DNA of 64,000 bases from Eledone cirrhosa. Its lineage: Eukaryota. The notes under the pieces were generated by a model. The model was given only the letters and a program-made list of their open reading frames with translations, searched no databases and was not told where the DNA came from. This document shows, one piece after another, positions 59,642 through 64,000 of the stretch. The stretch covers positions 5,146,001 to 5,210,000 of the forward strand of contig OZ024756.1 of the NCBI GenBank assembly GCA_964016885.1, in the 5' to 3' direction. The position numbers and the translations under genes are program-made. Position 1 is the stretch's first letter, and each line of letters opens with the position of its first letter.

Positions 59642-59825
59642 GAAGGCGTGTGGCGGAGTGGTTAGAGACCTGGACCAGGCGATGCGTTATGTCTTTGAGC
59701 AAGACACTTTATTTCACGTTGCTCCTTCTACCTGGAGTTGCGACCGATAGATAGTATTAGCAATTGGAAAGACCAACGGAAACATTGTTCCCTCGGTCCG
59801 ATTTGACTAAAGTCGATCGTTCCTT
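59642..59825 (+). mobile_element. SINE S2 with internal deletion of the B box
   Basis: TGGCGGAGTGG A box then TTTGAGCAAGACACTT. Confidence 0.8.
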
Positions 59826-60545
59826 TATATAGATATATGTGTGTGTGTGTGCGTGTAAACAGATAGATTGACAGATAGATAGATAGATATACATATATAT
59901 ATTATTTTACTATCAATATAAATACTATTATCATCATCAGTATTATTATTATTATTATTATGTCTGAACGGGCGTCTTTTTGCCTGTCATTTATTTACCT
60001 GTCAAAACATATTTATTGAATTTTTTATTGTTGTGTAAGGGATTGGACTTTGCCCTGTGAATGGGGAAAGTATAATATTTGGGCCTTTTGGCCCAAATAT
60101 TTGAACCTTTTTACATTTTAAAAAATTATCGAAAAATAAAAAACATGGCTGAGCCACGCCCCCTAGCGATATGTCTGCTGTCGTGTGACAACGACGTAAA
60201 AGTTATAAGGAGCGTTACGGCGAAATTTACAGAAACACTACCACAAGCAACGTGAACAAAGACAGTAATGGCAGCAACACTGATAACTCTAATTTAGAGA
60301 AAAAATGACAGTAACAGCGACAACCAAAATAGAGATAACAGAAAAAATGACAACAAATGCACCAACAATATCAACACCACTAACAGAAAATAAATAGCGA
60401 CAGCAACAATACCAACTGCACCGAGAACTACTACAGCGGCACCAAAGATATAGCCAACTGCAACAACAACAACAACAACACCACCAACGACAACGAGTGT
60501 AATACTTTCGCTGCGGCAGAAGCCAAAAAGAGGCCATGCTTCAGC

Positions 60546-61185
60546 ATGGACCTCTCAAACAAAAATGAAAAGTTGGCCCAGGCTTGGAAGCTCATCAAGC
60601 AGGAGCAAACCTGGGCCAACTTAACTGTCCCAGTAGAAGCTATTGAAGCAGTGGAGCGCAAAACGGTGTATTACAGATGCATCTCAGCACAAAGAGCAGC
60701 TTTAATTCCACAAGCAGATGTCGAAGTCGCGCTGAGGTGCATCAGAGATGACACGGAATACATAGCGAGGGGCAGACAATACGGCACCATTTCGGTGCTA
60801 TTTAAGTCAGAAGCCCTCGCTATGAAACATGCTATGACACCTTGCAAAACCAGCAAGGTCATAAAATACCCCTCCCACATGGGACAAAAACGGCCCGTCT
60901 CCGTATTTCCAGAATCCCACCAGGACTTGACATGTGGTGGCTTCTGGGATGTGTGATTGTGGAAGGGACAGATTCCGTCCCGATAGAAGTGACAAGAACT
61001 GCCAGAGAGGACTGGTCTGGGGTTGACCGGGAGATACTTCTCCAGATCAGGCTGGAGAATGTCAAGATAATGCTGGACCACATCCGTCTTCAGAATGGGA
61101 CGGTCATTCACATCATAACCGAGGGCTAAAGGCCGCATTGTTTTGTTTGTGAGAAAAAACCCATTTGCGAGACTTCTGCCCTCAA
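60546..61185 (+). pseudogene. Tx1-like ORF1 remnant
   Basis: Frameshifted ORFs 60546-60956 and 60842-61129, then CFVC..H....C CCHC knuckle at about 61139-61180. Confidence 0.7.
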
Positions 61186-62086
61186 CTGCTGAAAGATGCA
61201 AGGGGTCAAAGGGCTCCACTGCTGTCGGCGTCGGGGCGAGGACCAGAACCAACATCAGCACCGGAAAAACCACCAGCAACAACACCAATAGAAAGACCAC
61301 CACTAACATTGACTACCCAGGGAGGAAACGAGGAAAATGTCAATCCCCCCCCCCCCCAAAAAAAAATACACACATCCATAAAAACATAAACACACAGACA
61401 CACAGACACAGACACACTTACAGACACAGACCCCTCATCTACCAGTAGTGAAGATGAGGGAAAACCAAAATCCCCAAAAGTACAAAAAAAGGAAACAAAA
61501 ATCAAAAAAAAATCAACAAAGCACAAAAACACCCACAAACAATTCAGACACTACCCACGCAAACATCTCCCCAACAACACCAACATCAACACCACCATCA
61601 CCCCCCAAACGCAAACAACCTAAACAGACGCAAGAAGAAACATCTGAAACCACAGACACCGCACTCACAACAAACACAGACACAACCAAAAACATCATCA
61701 TCAAAACCATCACCACCACAGCCACGCAAACAAATAAAAGCACACCAACAAAACACAAAACTTCGTGCTCGTCAGGCGGGCCAAGAAGGAACTGATGGCC
61801 CTCGTAGCACGAAGTGAAGAAATGCAAAAAGAGGAGGAAATTTTTAAATAGAGCACATTTCGCGTGCCGGAAGTTTTGTTTCTGGTGCGAATGTCGCTCG
61901 ATTTATACAAAGAAATACGAGACAGCTTTCCTCGGGACGTGGGAACCCGGAACGTAAAACCCACTTCAAGACTTTTAAAGGGGTTTCCAAAAGAAACCCC
62001 ACCAACTCTGGAGATCGAATCACCCAACCTTCACAAGAGCGCGGAAGGTATGTAAACCTTTCCTCTCTCTCTTTTAGCCTGCCAAC

Positions 62087-63030
62087 ATGGCCGTATTAAG
62101 AGTAAGAAGTTTAAATGTTAGAGGTCTGGGATCGTCCTGGAAGCAGGGTCAGCTGCTCAAATCCTCATGTCTCTAGAAATGGATGTAATTGCCGTCAGCG
62201 AGACCAGGATTTCCGACACACGCGCACTAGCCCCCATTTTCGACGACTATTAGTTCTTTGCATCTGTTAGTCGGCCGGGAATGGGAGGTGGAGTGGCAGT
62301 GCTGTTTAGGAAAGGCCTGGATCTCGAGGTAAGGTCAATCTTACGGGACCCGGACGGTAAGTTGGTGGTCCTGGACGTGAACAATAACGAAGGTGGTGCC
62401 TTTAGACTGGTGAACGTCTACGCCCCTACTAGGGCAGGACGGCCGGACTTCTTTAGACGCCTGGAAACCTTTCTGGGTACGTCTTGCCCTTTACTGTTAA
62501 CGGGGGGACTGGAACGGCATCTTAGAGGGACGCTGGGACTGTGTGGGAGTATCCGATAGGAGCGGGAGGGCGGTGCAAAAGCCTCAAGAACATGATCAGC
62601 CAGTTCCAACTGTCTGACAGGTACCGAGTAGATTTCCCTAATGCGCCAGTGTGGACCTGGACTAACCGCATAGGGTCTTCTAGATCGTATATATACAGGA
62701 TATTCATTAGGAAAATAGACAGAAAGAGTGTAAGCTGTCCACATTTTAAAACGGTCGCCTATTCAGATCACAAGTTTTTGATCTGTATGGTAGACCTAGA
62801 TAAGATGCGTAGGGTGGGACCTGGTTACTGGAAGCTGAACATGTCATTTCCGGCACGTAAGGCTTACAGGGACCAGGTCAACAAATTAGTTGAGAAAAAG
62901 TTGACAGGAGTCGTCAACAATAGAAGGGGTGGTGGTGGTGTGGGGGGGGGGGGGGGGAGGGGCGGTAATGTCGATAGAGTTTAGCAAAGAAGTAGCGTTA
63001 GAGAAAAATAGAAAGGAGGGGGAGTTGGTA
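62087..63030 (+). pseudogene. LINE ORF2 apurinic endonuclease domain (disrupted)
   Basis: SLNVRGL, AVSETR, GGVAVL, LVNVYAP, WTW, SDH, GYWKLN motifs. Confidence 0.92.
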
Positions 63031-63034
63031 CATC

Positions 63035-64000
63035 GTACATCGTATCCGTCATTTACTACCGTCTGACCGCCGTCCCTTGCCCCCGTTCGCGCCTCGACAT
63101 CATGGAGCGGCTCCTCTTCAAATTCTTGTGGAGGGGCCAGGTTGCGTTGGTGAGGCAGTCCATCTGCTACCAGCACCCTCTACGTGGAGGGCTGGACATG
63201 CCGTGACCAAATATGCGCAGACACGCTCTAAGGTTTGCGGCATCTCCAGATATTCTGCCTAAACGGTGAATCAGGTGTGGTCGCCGTGTTTGTCAGACGG
63301 GCCTTTCCGCAGCTCATCTCTTTGACTGAGCTGCAGTCCCGTCTCAAGAAGAGACCGAGACTGGGTGACTGGCATCTGGAATGTTTTCAGGCACCTCACA
63401 TGCCCTCTACCAAGCGGGCAATGGCGATCAGTGGAACTTCACTCTCGAGTTCTATAGAGGATTAGTGGTGGGCAAGTGCGACGACGCACTCGGATAGACT
63501 CTGGCGTCGACGAAGTCGAATTAACCAGTCTGTTCCGGAGGACTTTCGAGCTGGGGACGATGGATTAATTTCCAAAAATCCCTCGCTTGGCAGTGATACC
63601 CGAGGGCACTGCCCGTTCGAGATAAACTCTATAGGCACGGAAAGTACTGACAGACGGACCTACCGGGAGAGGCGCACAAAGCGACGAAACCGTTTCTGAA
63701 CGCACTCGTCCAGTATCCGTGCATTACTGACTTGTGGAGTTATGTCGAACAGATGTTGTCACGTGTAGAACGGATCCGGCTATCGGCCGCGTCCATAGTG
63801 AGTAATCGACCCGCCGCTTCCTTTGGCCAGGAAGGGCAGGCAACATTCCTCTGTCTGGTGGCAGTAGCGAAAGAGGTTGTATGGTGGACGAGGTTGAAAG
63901 GACTGAAGACAGACACCTTTCTCTTCAGCCAATCCCTCATCAACTTTTGAAATTTCACTTGGAAAGGAAGGTGAGGGTGGAGAGAGAAGTGCTGCCCCCC
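63035..64000 (+). pseudogene. LINE ORF2 post-RT/C-terminal region (disrupted)
   Basis: LFKFLW, GGLDMP, LPVRDKLYRHG, LWSYVEQML, VAKEVVWWTR. Confidence 0.85.

Larger units (their letters stand above)
60150..64000 (+). mobile_element. Degenerate Tx1/L1-clade LINE with internal RT deletion, running off the window end
   Basis: ORF1 remnant with zinc knuckle, ORF2 AP endonuclease and C-terminal domain; 5' boundary uncertain. Confidence 0.88.

Noticed and set aside
60289-62027. Minus-strand Val/Leu-rich ORFs
   Set aside because: Antisense readings of the ACA-rich Tx1 ORF1 region.

Overview
AT-rich eukaryotic (animal) intergenic or intronic DNA with no recognisable host protein-coding gene. The repeat content resembles cephalopod (Octopus-like) genomes; this is an inference. 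A large share of the window is (TA)n, (TG)n, (CACT)n, (GATA)n and (ATAAT)n microsatellite, which explains almost all the long ORFs in the track. The rest is retroelement debris: (i) Penelope-like elements (PLEs), namely one RT plus C-terminal GIY-YIG copy at about 3235-6835 on the minus strand and two further divergent GIY-YIG fragments; (ii) about 27 type-I hammerhead ribozyme (HHR) motifs from about 16 unrelated sequence families, read by eye, mostly with self-complementary stem III and mostly close to a (TA)n junction; (iii) more than 10 asymmetric fold-back palindromes (arms about 30-900 bp) built from these element 3' ends; (iv) two tRNA-derived SINE families, one with ATTAT-starting target-site duplications; (v) a 0.5-0.6 kb non-autonomous RTE-like element with a candidate HDV-like ribozyme head; (vi) RTE, CR1-like and Tx1/L1 LINE remnants and small mariner-like pieces. 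The most striking system is a dense community of (TA)n-targeting, hammerhead-carrying PLE-type retroelements sharing a 3' tail motif and a fold-back insertion architecture. All structures were assigned manually and none was computed or tested.
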